Shown here piece after piece: positions 19,881-29,299 of a stretch of 64,000 nucleotides of DNA. The notes under the pieces are model-generated. The model saw nothing but the letters and a program-made list of their open reading frames with translations, did not search any database and was not told the DNA's origin. The translations under genes were made by a program, and so were the position numbers. This stretch comes from an uncultured delta proteobacterium (lineage in GTDB: Bacteria; Desulfobacterota; BSN033; UBA1163), in NCBI GenBank assembly GCA_963731045.1, contig CAVSVC010000010.1, positions 3,865 to 67,864 on the forward strand, read 5' to 3'. Numbering within the stretch: position 1 is the first letter of the stretch; every line of letters begins with the position of its first letter.

Positions 19881-20089
19881 GGGACAGGTCAATATCCAGA
19901 TCGTATCGTTCGGTTTCTTACAGGGTCTGATCTAAGAATTCACTTGACATCATGGACTCCGATGCGGATTGGCTGAATGAAAATTCTTCAGAGGTTTCCT
20001 TGCGCTTTGGAAGCTTGAAGCCAATTTTAGCCCAGCCTTGTCAACCTTAACCTGAACCTCAACCTTAATCTTGATCGTTGGTCTTTACC

Positions 20090-20684
20090 ATGAAAAACCG
20101 ATGCGAATGGGCCACACAGGATCCTCTCTATATCGCTTACCATGACGAGGAATGGGGTGCCCCTGTTCATGACGACGTCCATCTTTTCGAGATGCTCACC
20201 CTCGAAGGAGCTCAGGCGGGGCTGAGCTGGCTCACTGTCTTAAAAAAACGCGAAAACTATCGAAAGGCTTTTGACGGGTTCAGACCCGAGCGGGTGGCGC
20301 AATACGATCCAGAAAAGGTTGCCGAGTTACTCAGCAACCCCGGTATTATCAGAAACAGGAGAAAGATCGAGTCAACGATTCAAAATGCCCGTTCCGTCTT
20401 GGAGATCCAGAGGGAGCATGGCTCTCTTGATTCGTTTCTATGGAGTTTTGTGGGAAGCACCCCGATCCGGAATGCCTGGAAGAGTCTCAAGGAAATCCCC
20501 TCCCATACCCGGGAATCAGACTTGATGAGCAAGGAATTAGCAGAGAAGAGGGTTTAAGTTTGTGGGTCCTACGATCTGCTATGCCTTCATGCAGGCTGTC
20601 GGGATGGTAAATGATCACGTCACTTCCTGCTTCCGGTATAAAGAGATAATAGAAACCTGGCGATCTTTGATTCACTACCCTTAG
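20090..20684 (+). pseudogene. tag: DNA-3-methyladenine glycosylase I, one frameshift near 20550
   Basis: RCEWATQDPLYIAYHDEEWGAPVHDD...LEGAQAGLSWLTVLKKRENYR..., and in the next frame FVGPTICYAFMQAVGMVNDH. Confidence 0.8.
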
Positions 20685-20754
20685 GGAGTGTTCAAAGATA
20701 TTCCGCCCCTCGACAGGCTCAGGGTGAACGGGTATGTAAAAGCTGACACCTACT

Positions 20755-22263
20755 CTATGCCATCCAGACGGACTCCAGATAGGTCCCTTCGAAGTCGATA
20801 ACCACCTGGGGCTGATTGTTCTTCAGATTCCACGAGACAAACGGGGTCAACTGGTCGTGGATCGTTTCCTGCTTGATCCCCAGCCGGTCCCCGATCATAC
20901 CCTGGGCCATTTGAACCGCGGTAAGAAGCAGCTGGTCGACATGGAGACCTGCGTTGAGGCTCTTCAAACCGGGATGGGTTTGAAGCTGTTCCATCGCTTC
21001 GTCCAGATGAATGGCGCCGATCTTGCGGCGTAAGACATAGGCATTTCCCCGGTCACGGATGACCAGCAGGACGGAGTTGGTTTTCAGCCAGGTACTCCGG
21101 ACCTTGGTCCCGGCCATCTCGGATTCGATGCGCTCCAGGAGCCTGCTCTTTGTCCTCAGTCCGGGCAGCTGCCTCTCCTGAATCCGTTCAAAGATAAACT
21201 CTTCCCCGTCGATGACGATCTCCTTGAGGCGGGTGGGGTCGAACCCCAGATCCATGAGGTCGCCCAGGGTCAGGGGGTCGTCGTGCGATTTCCCCCGTTC
21301 ATGCAGCCAGGCCATGAAACTCGGTCGCCGGTAGTTGGGCAGGGACTCGATAAAAGAGGCGGGCTTATTTTTCAGATCTTCCGGCAGCCGATTCAGCAGC
21401 GCCAGATCACCGTTGCCCAGGGCATTTCTCTTGACCAGTTCGCGGGGAGGATAGGATTTCACCTCCAGTCTGGCCACCTCGGGTCCCAGGGTGATCTGTT
21501 CCGTCGATTCACCGCCCGTATAGCCCAGCAGGTTCCCGATCCGGCGACTGAAGGCGGTCCACTTGGTCACGAAACGGGTGAACATGAACCGCATGAACGG
21601 CGAGGCCTCCCCTCGTTCGATCTCTCCCTTGAAGTAGGTGAGGAGGGTCTGGTAAAGGTCTTTGAATTCCTCAATGGTCCTTCCGACCATGACCTCGTTC
21701 TCTCTCACGTGGATGACGGTGCGCTTCCTTTTCAAATGGTGCAGCAGTTTGAAAAGAGGCCCCTTCAGGTCTCTCCCCTCCAGCGCCGGGGGAATGAAGA
21801 CCATGTAGTTGTCGTTGCTGCCGGAGAGCGAATCGCCGATGATGGTCTGAACAGGTTTCCAGGATTGCCTGAGATAGATGTCATACGTCGGGTCTTTATC
21901 CGGAATGATATTGTTCAGAATCCCGAGGGCCGACTTGTCAATCAAGAAATCGTGGAAGGATTTGAGGATGCGGGTCCCCAGCCCTCTCTTCCTGAAAGGG
22001 GCGGCGACCTCAACGTAAACAAGGTAGTAACACGGGATGGGTTTCTTCAGATAGAGCATGTTCAGCCGGCCCAGGTTCTCCCCTGACTCCGCATTGATCT
22101 CGAACAACCGGAGACCGCCTTTGGAATCCTCGGGTTTCAGCCTGTCGAGCCTGCTGCCCGAAACGGTCTTGTTCATAAGACCCCATAGATCGTTGAAAAG
22201 ATCTGCAACCATGGGGGCCTCGGGCAGGCCGCGACGCATTCCTTCATCGATGAGGGCGATCAA
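20755..22263 (-). CDS. Uncharacterised 502-aa protein: N-terminal GNAT-like acyltransferase fold plus a ~330-aa unknown domain
   Basis: Intact ORF. VEVAAPFRKRGLGTRILKSFHDFL resembles GNAT motif A (R/QxxGxG). I do not recognise the remainder. It lies 37 nt downstream of the MBL gene on the same strand. Confidence 0.6.
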   Translation of the reverse strand: MIALIDEGMRRGLPEAPMVADLFNDLWGLMNKTVSGSRLDRLKPEDSKGGLRLFEINAESGENLGRLNMLYLKKPIPCYYLVYVEVAAPFRKRGLGTRILKSFHDFLIDKSALGILNNIIPDKDPTYDIYLRQSWKPVQTIIGDSLSGSNDNYMVFIPPALEGRDLKGPLFKLLHHLKRKRTVIHVRENEVMVGRTIEEFKDLYQTLLTYFKGEIERGEASPFMRFMFTRFVTKWTAFSRRIGNLLGYTGGESTEQITLGPEVARLEVKSYPPRELVKRNALGNGDLALLNRLPEDLKNKPASFIESLPNYRRPSFMAWLHERGKSHDDPLTLGDLMDLGFDPTRLKEIVIDGEEFIFERIQERQLPGLRTKSRLLERIESEMAGTKVRSTWLKTNSVLLVIRDRGNAYVLRRKIGAIHLDEAMEQLQTHPGLKSLNAGLHVDQLLLTAVQMAQGMIGDRLGIKQETIHDQLTPFVSWNLKNNQPQVVIDFEGTYLESVWMA

Positions 22264-22300
22264 ACTGAGCCGCTCGTTAAGACTTAGAGGCTCCGTCCCC

Positions 22301-23320
22301 TCAACAGGCGCTATGGGAGAATCTTCCCCGGCAGAGGCTACCGGCCCCGGCCAGTGTCATCCCTGCCGCGCCTCGATGAACGGCCTGATCCTGCCCTGAA
22401 AATGAGAACGACAGGCCTTTCCCGTTCGTCTGGGATCTTTTGATCATGACCTTGCAGAGGTCATACATGATTCGAAAAGGCTGGATATCGGTCAGACCGC
22501 TGACAAACCGCGCTTTTTCGAGGGCGATCTTTTCGGCGATCTCTCCCAGGTTCAGTCTCTCCAGGAGTTCCCTGTGGTAGATCTCCGTGGCAATCATCGC
22601 TTTTTGAAGATGCCCCCTCACGTCCTCCTGGATGACGCCGTTGTGGCTGAGGAGGGCACGCCTGGCCGGCAAACGCGAAAGTTTTCGAATGCTCTCACAG
22701 TAGATCTCGAGGGATTGAAAGTAATTGGGCCAGAAAACGTCCTGCTCGGGAACATAGAATCCGGTGGCGTCGCCCAAGGCCAGAGTCCGCTCCGACTGCT
22801 CGTACAGGGAGATGTGACAGGGGGAGTGACCGGGAGTGTCGAGGACCCCCCACACAATCCCTTTCCCCAGATCGATCCTGTCCCCTTCCCTTACCACGGA
22901 GTCCGGCTCAAATGAATAGCGATCGAGCTGGGCAGGCAGTTTCTTCAGCTCTCTTCTCGCCTGCATGAGCTGGGCGATGCTCAGGTCCACCAGCAGAAAT
23001 TCCTTGAGCAGTTCTCTGCTCTTTAATGTCTCTGAAGCCGCAGGGCTCGCCAGAAGCTTCAAATGGGGCCATGCGAGTTTCATGTGCGGCACACCGCCGA
23101 TGTGATCTGCGTGGGAATGGGTGAGGACGACGTAGTGAATCTGTTTCGGATCGATTCCCAATGCCTCAATTTGACTGGCGATAATGCCGAAGGTGGGACC
23201 GGTCCCTCCCTCGATGATCATCCCCACCTCTCCCATGGACAGATAGGCGGGAAACGACGGCGTTCCCAGTTGATAAAGGCTCGGGGTGATCCTGATCGGT
23301 TTGTGCATTGAATCCATCAT
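22301..23320 (-). CDS. MBL-fold metallo-hydrolase
   Basis: LTHSHADHIGG (HxHxDH), DTPGHSPCH, LGDATG and SHNG motifs; RBS AAGGTGA; 339 aa. Confidence 0.8.
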   Translation of the reverse strand: MMDSMHKPIRITPSLYQLGTPSFPAYLSMGEVGMIIEGGTGPTFGIIASQIEALGIDPKQIHYVVLTHSHADHIGGVPHMKLAWPHLKLLASPAASETLKSRELLKEFLLVDLSIAQLMQARRELKKLPAQLDRYSFEPDSVVREGDRIDLGKGIVWGVLDTPGHSPCHISLYEQSERTLALGDATGFYVPEQDVFWPNYFQSLEIYCESIRKLSRLPARRALLSHNGVIQEDVRGHLQKAMIATEIYHRELLERLNLGEIAEKIALEKARFVSGLTDIQPFRIMYDLCKVMIKRSQTNGKGLSFSFSGQDQAVHRGAAGMTLAGAGSLCRGRFSHSAC

Positions 23321-23372
23321 CTCGCTTCACCTTTCGTTTACGGCTTTCTTTCCTCCGGAACCGGGCGCACCC

Positions 23373-23405
23373 AAAAAAAAGGGCCATGGGTGTATCCCAT
23401 GGCCC
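23373..23405 (-). terminator. Intrinsic terminator of the minus-strand Phe/Tyr attenuator
   Basis: In minus sense, GGGCCATGGG-ataca-CCCATGGCCC is followed by T8. It lies 50 nt upstream of the MBL start. Confidence 0.75.
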
Positions 23406-23486
23406 TGATCTTACCTGCCGGTCCATGGGCAGCCCATGAAGGTCTGCCCACGGCCTTTTTATGAGTTCAGGCAGTGGAGGCAGACC
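23373..23486 (-). promoter_or_regulatory. Five-segment attenuator between the leader and the MBL gene
   Basis: In minus sense the segments are GGTCTGCC (23486-23479), GGCCGTGGGCAGACC (23455-23441), CTGCCCATGGACC (23432-23420), GGGCCATGGG (23405-23396) and CCCATGGCCC (23390-23381). They pair as 1:2 + 3:4 or as 2:3 + 4:5. Confidence 0.6.
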
Positions 23487-23547
23487 CGCTCCTAAAGTAA
23501 AAATACCCAAAATAAAAGAAGCGACCCTGCTCTTTTCCTGCCATCAT
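23467..23547 (-). CDS. Phe/Tyr-rich leader peptide (26 aa)
   Basis: GGGAG 23560-23556, ATG 23547. Sequence MMAGKEQGRFFYFGYFYFRSGSASTA*, with 5 Phe and 3 Tyr within 9 codons. It is below the ORF-track cutoff. Confidence 0.7.
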   Translation of the reverse strand: MMAGKEQGRFFYFGYFYFRSGSASTA

Positions 23548-23575
23548 TCTGGTTACTCCCACAACATACAGTTAC

Positions 23576-23603
23576 TTTTTAACACTTTCCCCAAAAAAGT
23601 CAA
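23576..23603 (-). promoter_or_regulatory. Candidate promoter of the minus-strand leader
   Basis: In minus sense: TTGACT (23603-23598), a 16-nt spacer, TGt then TAAAAA (23581-23576). Confidence 0.4.
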
Positions 23604-23613
23604 GAGAGACCCC

Positions 23614-23643
23614 TTGACAAGTCCCCCTGTGATTTGTTAAACA
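23614..23643 (+). promoter_or_regulatory. Candidate promoter of the trp leader
   Basis: TTGACA 23614-23619, an 18-nt spacer ending in TGt, then TAAACA 23638-23643. It sits back to back with the minus-strand -35, 10 bp away. Confidence 0.4.
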
Positions 23644-23674
23644 GCATGTAATAAGGAGTTGTAAGAGGACCGCA

Positions 23675-23755
23675 GTGGAAGATATTTTAAGATTGAAACA
23701 AGGGAACTGGTGGCGCTGGGCAAACATAGAGGAGGCTTGCCCCGTGCTGCATTAA
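23675..23755 (+). CDS. trpL: Trp-rich leader peptide (26 aa) of the trp operon
   Basis: AAGAGGA 23663-23669, GTG 23675. Sequence (M)EDILRLKQGNWWRWANIEEACPVLH*, with three Trp codons at 23708-23719. The alternative start TTG 23693 is possible. Confidence 0.7.
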   Translation: MEDILRLKQGNWWRWANIEEACPVLH

Positions 23756-23771
23756 CCGTTTGAAGTGAAAC

Positions 23772-23811
23772 AAGGCCATGGGCGGCTTCCGGGTCCCCCA
23801 TGGCCTTTTTT
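23772..23811 (+). terminator. Intrinsic terminator of the trp attenuator
   Basis: AAGGCCATGGG...CCCATGGCCTT forms an 11-bp stem, followed by a T-run (TTTTTTATTT). Confidence 0.75.
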
Positions 23812-23842
23812 ATTTCTGCCTTTTCAAAGGCAGACCGCGTTC

Positions 23843-23877
23843 AAAAAAGGCTATGGATCATTTCCATAGCCTTTTTT
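23843..23877. terminator. Second, symmetric hairpin (A6-stem-T6) downstream of the trp attenuator
   Basis: AAAAAA-GGCTATGGA-tcatt-TCCATAGCC-TTTTTT. It could terminate in either direction. Confidence 0.55.
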
Positions 23878-23894
23878 GTTTGGTTGGGAAACAA

Positions 23895-24018
23895 AGATTT
23901 CGTCCGCCGGTGACGGTGACGACGCCCGTATCGTCATTCGGTTACGTCCTTGGTCTCAAAAACTTGACGTAACCCGTTGCCCTTAACCGAAACGGGCTTC
24001 GTAACCGTAACCCTAACC
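23895..24018 (-). repeat. Palindromic intergenic element, family 3, copy 2 (inverted), inside the trpE 5' leader
   Basis: The reverse complement (ggttagggttacggttacgaagcccgtttcgg...ggacgtaaccgaatgacgatacgggcgtcgtcaccg...gacgaaatc) aligns with 6865..6983 and 44796..44919. Confidence 0.7.
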
Positions 24019-24039
24019 TGTTTTGTCGGAGGTTCGAAC

Positions 24040-25530
24040 ATGATCACCCCGTCTTTGGAAGAGTTCATCAGACTGGCCGGCCAGGGCAACCTGATTCCCG
24101 TCTTCGAGGAGATCCACTTCGACCTGGAGACACCGATCTCCGCCTTCCGGAAGATCGATGATGGAAGCAGTTCTTTTCTCCTTGAAAGCGTGGAAGGGGG
24201 AGAAAAATGGGGACGCTACAGCTTCCTGGGCTCCGGTTCGTCCCACCTCTTCCGAAGCAAAGGGAACCGATTCGAGATCCTGAAGCATGGGGAACTCCTT
24301 CGAGAAGGAGAGAACGAAGATCCCCTCAGGGCGCTGGAGGAATTCCTTGCCGTCTACCGTCCCGTCCGGCACGACAGCCTCCCCAGATTCTCCGGAGGGG
24401 CGGTGGGATACCTCGGTTACGATGTCGCACGGTCCTTCGAGAGGATTCCAACCCGTCTCCGGGAGGACATCGACCTTTATGATTCTTCCTTCATGATCAC
24501 GGATACCCTGCTCGTCTTCGACAATTTGAAGAAGAAGATCAAGGTGATCTGCAATGCCTTTCTGAACAGCCGGCAGCCCTCGGGGCCATCGATTGAGGCG
24601 GCCTATCAGGAGGCACAGGAAAAAATCAATTCAATCATTGCACGGCTTCGGCGGCATGATCCCCCTGTCTCCGTAAAAAAATCATCCCCTCCCGCTCCGC
24701 TACGTTCCAATTTCAGCAGGGAGGAATATATGAACGTGGTGGAAAGGGCAAAGGAGTACATTCGGGCCGGCGACATCATCCAGGTCGTGCCCTCACAGCG
24801 GTTTTCGACGGAAATTCACTGTGACCCCTTCGACATCTACCGGGCCCTTCGAAGCATCAATCCTTCCCCCTATCTTTTTTATCTGAAGATGAACGGAACG
24901 GTCCTCATGGGAAGCTCGCCGGAAGTGATGGTGCGTCTCGAAGGCAATCAGATCGAGCTCCGTCCTATCGCCGGCACCCGCAAACGGGGTACGAGCAAAG
25001 CGGAAGACCTCGCCCTGGAAGAGGACCTTCTGGCCGATGAGAAGGAGAGGGCTGAACACATCATGCTGGTGGATCTCGGTCGAAACGATGTGGGCCGTGT
25101 CTCGGAAATCGGCTCGGTCAAGGTGACCGAACTGATGGGGGTGGAGAGGTACTCTCATGTGATGCACATCGTCTCCAATGTTCAGGGAACGCTCGCCCCG
25201 GGGCTGAACGGTTTCGACGTCTTTCGGGCAACCTTTCCCGCCGGCACGGTTTCAGGCGCTCCCAAGATCCGGGCCATGGAGATCATCGAAGAGCTCGAAC
25301 CCTTCCGGCGCGGGTTTTACGCCGGAGCCGTCGGATACTTCGGCTTTCTGGGAAACATGGATACCTGTATTACGATACGCTCCATTCTCGTCAAGGATGG
25401 AAAGGCCTATGTCCAGGCGGGGGGAGGCGTTGTCGCCGATTCCGACCCGGAGAAGGAATATGAAGAGACGTTACACAAGGCCCGGGCCATTTTCAAGGCC
25501 ATCGAGCTTGCCGAGGAGGGGCTGTCATGA
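24040..25530 (+). CDS. trpE: Anthranilate synthase component I
   Basis: GGAGG 24028; [22 protein letters not shown]...; [16 protein letters not shown]; [15 protein letters not shown]; intact. Confidence 0.9.
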   Translation: MITPSLEEFIRLAGQGNLIPVFEEIHFDLETPISAFRKIDDGSSSFLLESVEGGEKWGRYSFLGSGSSHLFRSKGNRFEILKHGELLREGENEDPLRALEEFLAVYRPVRHDSLPRFSGGAVGYLGYDVARSFERIPTRLREDIDLYDSSFMITDTLLVFDNLKKKIKVICNAFLNSRQPSGPSIEAAYQEAQEKINSIIARLRRHDPPVSVKKSSPPAPLRSNFSREEYMNVVERAKEYIRAGDIIQVVPSQRFSTEIHCDPFDIYRALRSINPSPYLFYLKMNGTVLMGSSPEVMVRLEGNQIELRPIAGTRKRGTSKAEDLALEEDLLADEKERAEHIMLVDLGRNDVGRVSEIGSVKVTELMGVERYSHVMHIVSNVQGTLAPGLNGFDVFRATFPAGTVSGAPKIRAMEIIEELEPFRRGFYAGAVGYFGFLGNMDTCITIRSILVKDGKAYVQAGGGVVADSDPEKEYEETLHKARAIFKAIELAEEGLS

Positions 25531-26108
25531 TCCTGATGATCGACAACTACGATTCCTTTACCTACAACCTGGTCCAGTACCTGGGTGAACTGGGGGCCCC
25601 GTGCGAGGTGTACCGGAACGACCGGATCAGCCTTGAGGCCATCCGGGAGAGAGCGCCGGGGTATCTCATTATTTCCCCCGGGCCCTGCACCCCAAAAGAA
25701 GCGGGGATCTCTGAGGGGGCCATCCTGGAGATGTCCGGGAGAGTACCCATTCTCGGGGTGTGTCTGGGTCATCAGTGCATCGGGTCTGCCTTCGGAGGAA
25801 AGGTCATCCGGGCAAAGCGTTTGATGCATGGGAAGAGCTCCCTCATCCATCATGACGGGAAGACGATTTTCAAAGGGCTTCCCAACCCCTTCCAGGCCAT
25901 CCGGTACCATTCTCTTCTCGTTGAACGCGAAAGTCTGCCCGATTGCCTCGAAGTCTCTGCAGAGACGGAGGAAGGGGAGATCATGGGCCTGAGGCATAAG
26001 AGGTTTTCGATGGAAGGGGTCCAGTTCCATCCCGAATCCATCCTGACCCAGAATGGAAAAAACCTGCTGAAAAATTTCTTAGAACTGAGGAGGAACGGTC
26101 ATGCTTAA
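25527..26108 (+). CDS. trpG: Anthranilate synthase component II (glutamine amidotransferase)
   Basis: [23 protein letters not shown]...GVCLGHQ...QFHPES; ATGA overlap with trpE. Confidence 0.9.
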   Translation: MILMIDNYDSFTYNLVQYLGELGAPCEVYRNDRISLEAIRERAPGYLIISPGPCTPKEAGISEGAILEMSGRVPILGVCLGHQCIGSAFGGKVIRAKRLMHGKSSLIHHDGKTIFKGLPNPFQAIRYHSLLVERESLPDCLEVSAETEEGEIMGLRHKRFSMEGVQFHPESILTQNGKNLLKNFLELRRNGHA

Positions 26109-27123
26109 GAGATTCATCGCCAGAGTGGTGGAGGGGAAAGACCTGAGCGAGGAGGAGTCCGGAGAGGCCATGGGCCTCATCATGGAAGGGGAGGTCCCTC
26201 CCACACAGATCGCTTCATTCATCACCGCCTTACGGATGAAGGGCGAGACCGTTCAGGAGATTACCGGATTCGCCCGTGCCATGCGCGCCAGGGCCTTCCG
26301 CATTCGGGCCAAAGAAGGAGAAGAGGTCGTGGATACCTGCGGAACCGGCGGGGATGGACTGGGAACCTTCAACATCTCCACTGCCGTGGCATTCGTGGCT
26401 GCCGGCGGGGGATGTACCGTTGCCAAACACCATAACAGGTCCGTATCCAGTCAATGCGGAAGCGCGGATGTGCTGGAGGCCCTGGGGATCGATCACGCCC
26501 TTCCTCCTGAAAGAGCGGAGAGATGTCTGAAGGAGAATGGGTTGGCCTTCCTGTTTGCCCCCACCTTCCATCCTGCAACCAAGAATGCAGCGATCCCCCG
26601 GAAAGAGATCGGGATCCGCACGATCTTCAATCTCCTCGGTCCCCTTACCAACCCTGCCGGAGCGACCATTCATCTCGCAGGTCTCTACCGGGAGGATCTG
26701 TTGCAACCCATCGCCGAAGTGCTGAGAAACCTGGGAAGCAGGGCAGCCTTTGTCGTGCACAGCGAGGATCACTCCGATGAAATCAGCATCACGGGCAGGA
26801 CAGCCGTTTGCCGGCTGAAGGCCGGAGCAATTTCATGCTACCAAATCGAGCCCGAAATGGCAGGACTGAAGAGGGCGAGGCTGGAGGAAATCCGGGGAGG
26901 GCCACCGGAGAAGAATGCGGAGATCCTGCTTCAAGTCCTGCAAGGGAGGCCGGGTCGCTCCCCGGGATGTCGTTCTGTTCAATGCGGCAGCGGTCTTCGT
27001 GGCATCAGAAAAAGTATCAAACCTGAAGAGATGGAGTTGAGATGGCCAGAGAATCCATTGACTCGGGCAGGGCCATGAACAAACTCGAAGCGCTCATCCG
27101 CTTTTCAAGAAGTCAGGAGGTGA
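26101..27123 (+). pseudogene. trpD: Anthranilate phosphoribosyltransferase; C-terminal ~60 codons frameshifted, end uncertain
   Basis: VDTCGTGGDGLGTFNISTA, KHHNRSVSSQCGSADVLEALG, then DVVLFNAAAV...ARESIDSGRAMNKLEALI in other frames. Confidence 0.8.
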
Positions 27124-27126
27124 AAG

Positions 27127-27950
27127 ATGTTTCTCGAAAGAATTGTGGAAATAAAGAAGAGGGAGGTCCGGGAGAGAAAGAACCCGTCCCGGCAGAGGGA
27201 GATGGAGGAAAGAATTTCTTCCCTTCCCCTTCCGCGGAATTTCATGGATGCGATCTCACAACACTCTCCTGTAGCCGTCATCGCTGAGATAAAAAGGGCT
27301 TCACCTTCGTTGGGGATGATCAATGAAGAACGTCGATATCCTTCACTTGGCCCGGGAGTACGAGAAAGGAGGAGCCTCGGCTATTTCCGTTCTTACGGAA
27401 GAGAACTTCTTCAAGGGGGATCTTGCTTATCTTCATCGCGTAAAAGAAGAAGTTTCTCTCCCGGTCCTCCAGAAGGATTTCATGATCGACCCCTTTCAGA
27501 TCTATGAGGGAAGGGTTTCAGGGGCGGATGCGGTTCTTCTCATCGCCGCCCTCCTCGACCGGGAAGCAACTCAGGGATTTTGCCGATCTGACAAGGAGTC
27601 TCAATATGGTTCCATTGGTTGAAGTCCATAACGAAGAAGACCTGGAGAAGACATCCACCCTCGATCTTCCCCTCATCGGGATCAACAACCGTGACCTGAA
27701 GACTTTTGAGGTGGACCTCGGGACCACTCTTCGTCTCAAGAGAGCGATTCCCTCAAATACAAGCGTGATCAGTGAGAGCGGGATAAAGAACCCCGGCGAT
27801 GTTAGACTTCTCAGGGAGGCAGGAATCGACGGAATCCTGGTCGGAGAGACCCTGATGCGGAGCCCGGATCCCGCTCAAAAGATCAGGGAACTGCTGGCCG
27901 GAACTCAGACATATGACTACAGCTCTTCTATTGCTGCACACAGGTTATGA
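27127..27950 (+). pseudogene. trpC: Indole-3-glycerol-phosphate synthase, 2 frameshifts; no fused TrpF domain
   Basis: AVIAEIKRASPS, GASAISVLTEENFFKG, PVLQKDFMIDPFQIYE, VEVHNEEDL and INNRDLKTFEV lie across three frames. Confidence 0.8.
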
Positions 27951-28111
27951 ATGACACCGTGGTCTGAAGACCGTGAGTCGCAGGGCGCATGTGAAGCTTC
28001 TCCCCTCTAAAGGACCGGCTTGCGGGGCGCACGCCGGTCGCGGGAGGCCTCTGCTGGAGACCCCTACGCCTTCAAAGAGGATCGCCTTTGTCGAGGAGGT
28101 TAGAAAAGCGG

Positions 28112-29299
28112 ATGAAACAGCCGGATAAGAAAGGATATTTCGGAGGATTTGGAGGGAAGTTCGTTCCCGAAACCCTCATGGCTCCGATCAGGGAATTGGA
28201 ATCGTCTTACCTTTCTGCACGAAGGGATCCCCGGTTTCGGAAGGAGTTGAACTTCTATTTGAAGGATTATGCCGGAAGGCCCACCCCCCTCTATTTTGCA
28301 GAAAGACTGACCGGAGAGTTGAAAGGGCCCAGGATTTACCTCAAGCGCGAAGATCTCACCCACACGGGCGCTCATAAGATCAACAACACCCTCGGCCAGG
28401 CCTTGCTGGCGAAAAGAATGGGAAAGAGGAGGATCATCGCGGAAACAGGGGCGGGGCAACACGGGGTGGCCGCCGCCACCGCGGCGGCGCTGCTGGGACT
28501 GACCTGTGCCGTTTACATGGGAGAGGAGGATATCCGGAGACAGTCGCTGAATGTCTTCCGGATGAAACTCCTCGGGGCCGAAGTGATCCCGGTCTCCTCC
28601 GGCAGCAAAACATTGAAAGACGCCACCAACGAGGCCATCCGGGACTGGGTGACACATGTCCGGGAGTCCTACTATCTCATCGGGTCGGTGGTCGGACCTC
28701 ACCCCTATCCCATGATGGTCAGGGATTTTCAATCGGTGATCGGGAAAGAAGCCAGGAGACAGATCCTCGAAAAGGAGGGCCGTCTTCCCGACGTTCTGCT
28801 GGCATGCGTGGGAGGAGGGAGCAATGCCATAGGCCTTTTCCACCCTTTCTTCAAGGACAATGTCCGCTTTGTCGGTGTCGAGGCCGCCGGCCTCGGAATG
28901 GACTCGGGCAAACAGGCTGCCTCGCTCAATGCAGGGTCTGTGGGAACGCTTCATGGAAGCATGAGTTACATTCTTCAGAGTCGCTTCGGCAATATTTCGG
29001 AAACCTACTCCTTTGCCCCCGGTCTGGACTATCCGGGCGTAGGACCGGAACACGCCCACTATAAAGAAGTTGGAAGGGCGGAGTATGTCACCGTGACGGA
29101 CGAGGAAGCCCTGGAAGCCTTTCACCTTCTGACCCGTACCGAAGGCATTCTTCCGGCCCTGGAAAGCGCCCATGCACTGGCTTATGCGAGGAAGATGGCT
29201 CCTTCTCTCGGGAGCGACCGGATTGTGATCGTCAACCTGTCAGGCCGGGGTGACAAAGACGTCCACTCGGTGGCCGCGAGAATCGGAGTTGAATTATGA
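28112..29299 (+). CDS. trpB: Tryptophan synthase beta chain
   Basis: [25 protein letters not shown] and GGGSNAIG; intact. ATG 28112 is preferred over the track's TTG 28088. Confidence 0.9.
   Translation: MKQPDKKGYFGGFGGKFVPETLMAPIRELESSYLSARRDPRFRKELNFYLKDYAGRPTPLYFAERLTGELKGPRIYLKREDLTHTGAHKINNTLGQALLAKRMGKRRIIAETGAGQHGVAAATAAALLGLTCAVYMGEEDIRRQSLNVFRMKLLGAEVIPVSSGSKTLKDATNEAIRDWVTHVRESYYLIGSVVGPHPYPMMVRDFQSVIGKEARRQILEKEGRLPDVLLACVGGGSNAIGLFHPFFKDNVRFVGVEAAGLGMDSGKQAASLNAGSVGTLHGSMSYILQSRFGNISETYSFAPGLDYPGVGPEHAHYKEVGRAEYVTVTDEEALEAFHLLTRTEGILPALESAHALAYARKMAPSLGSDRIVIVNLSGRGDKDVHSVAARIGVEL

Noticed and set aside
23420-23460. Plus-strand hairpin GGTCCATGGGCAG...CTGCCCACGGCC followed by TTTTTA, which looks like a plus-strand terminator with nothing upstream to terminate.
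   Set aside because: It is explained as the 2:3 (anti-antiterminator) helix of the minus-strand Phe/Tyr attenuator read on the opposite strand. The T-run is the A-rich spacer after the leader stop.
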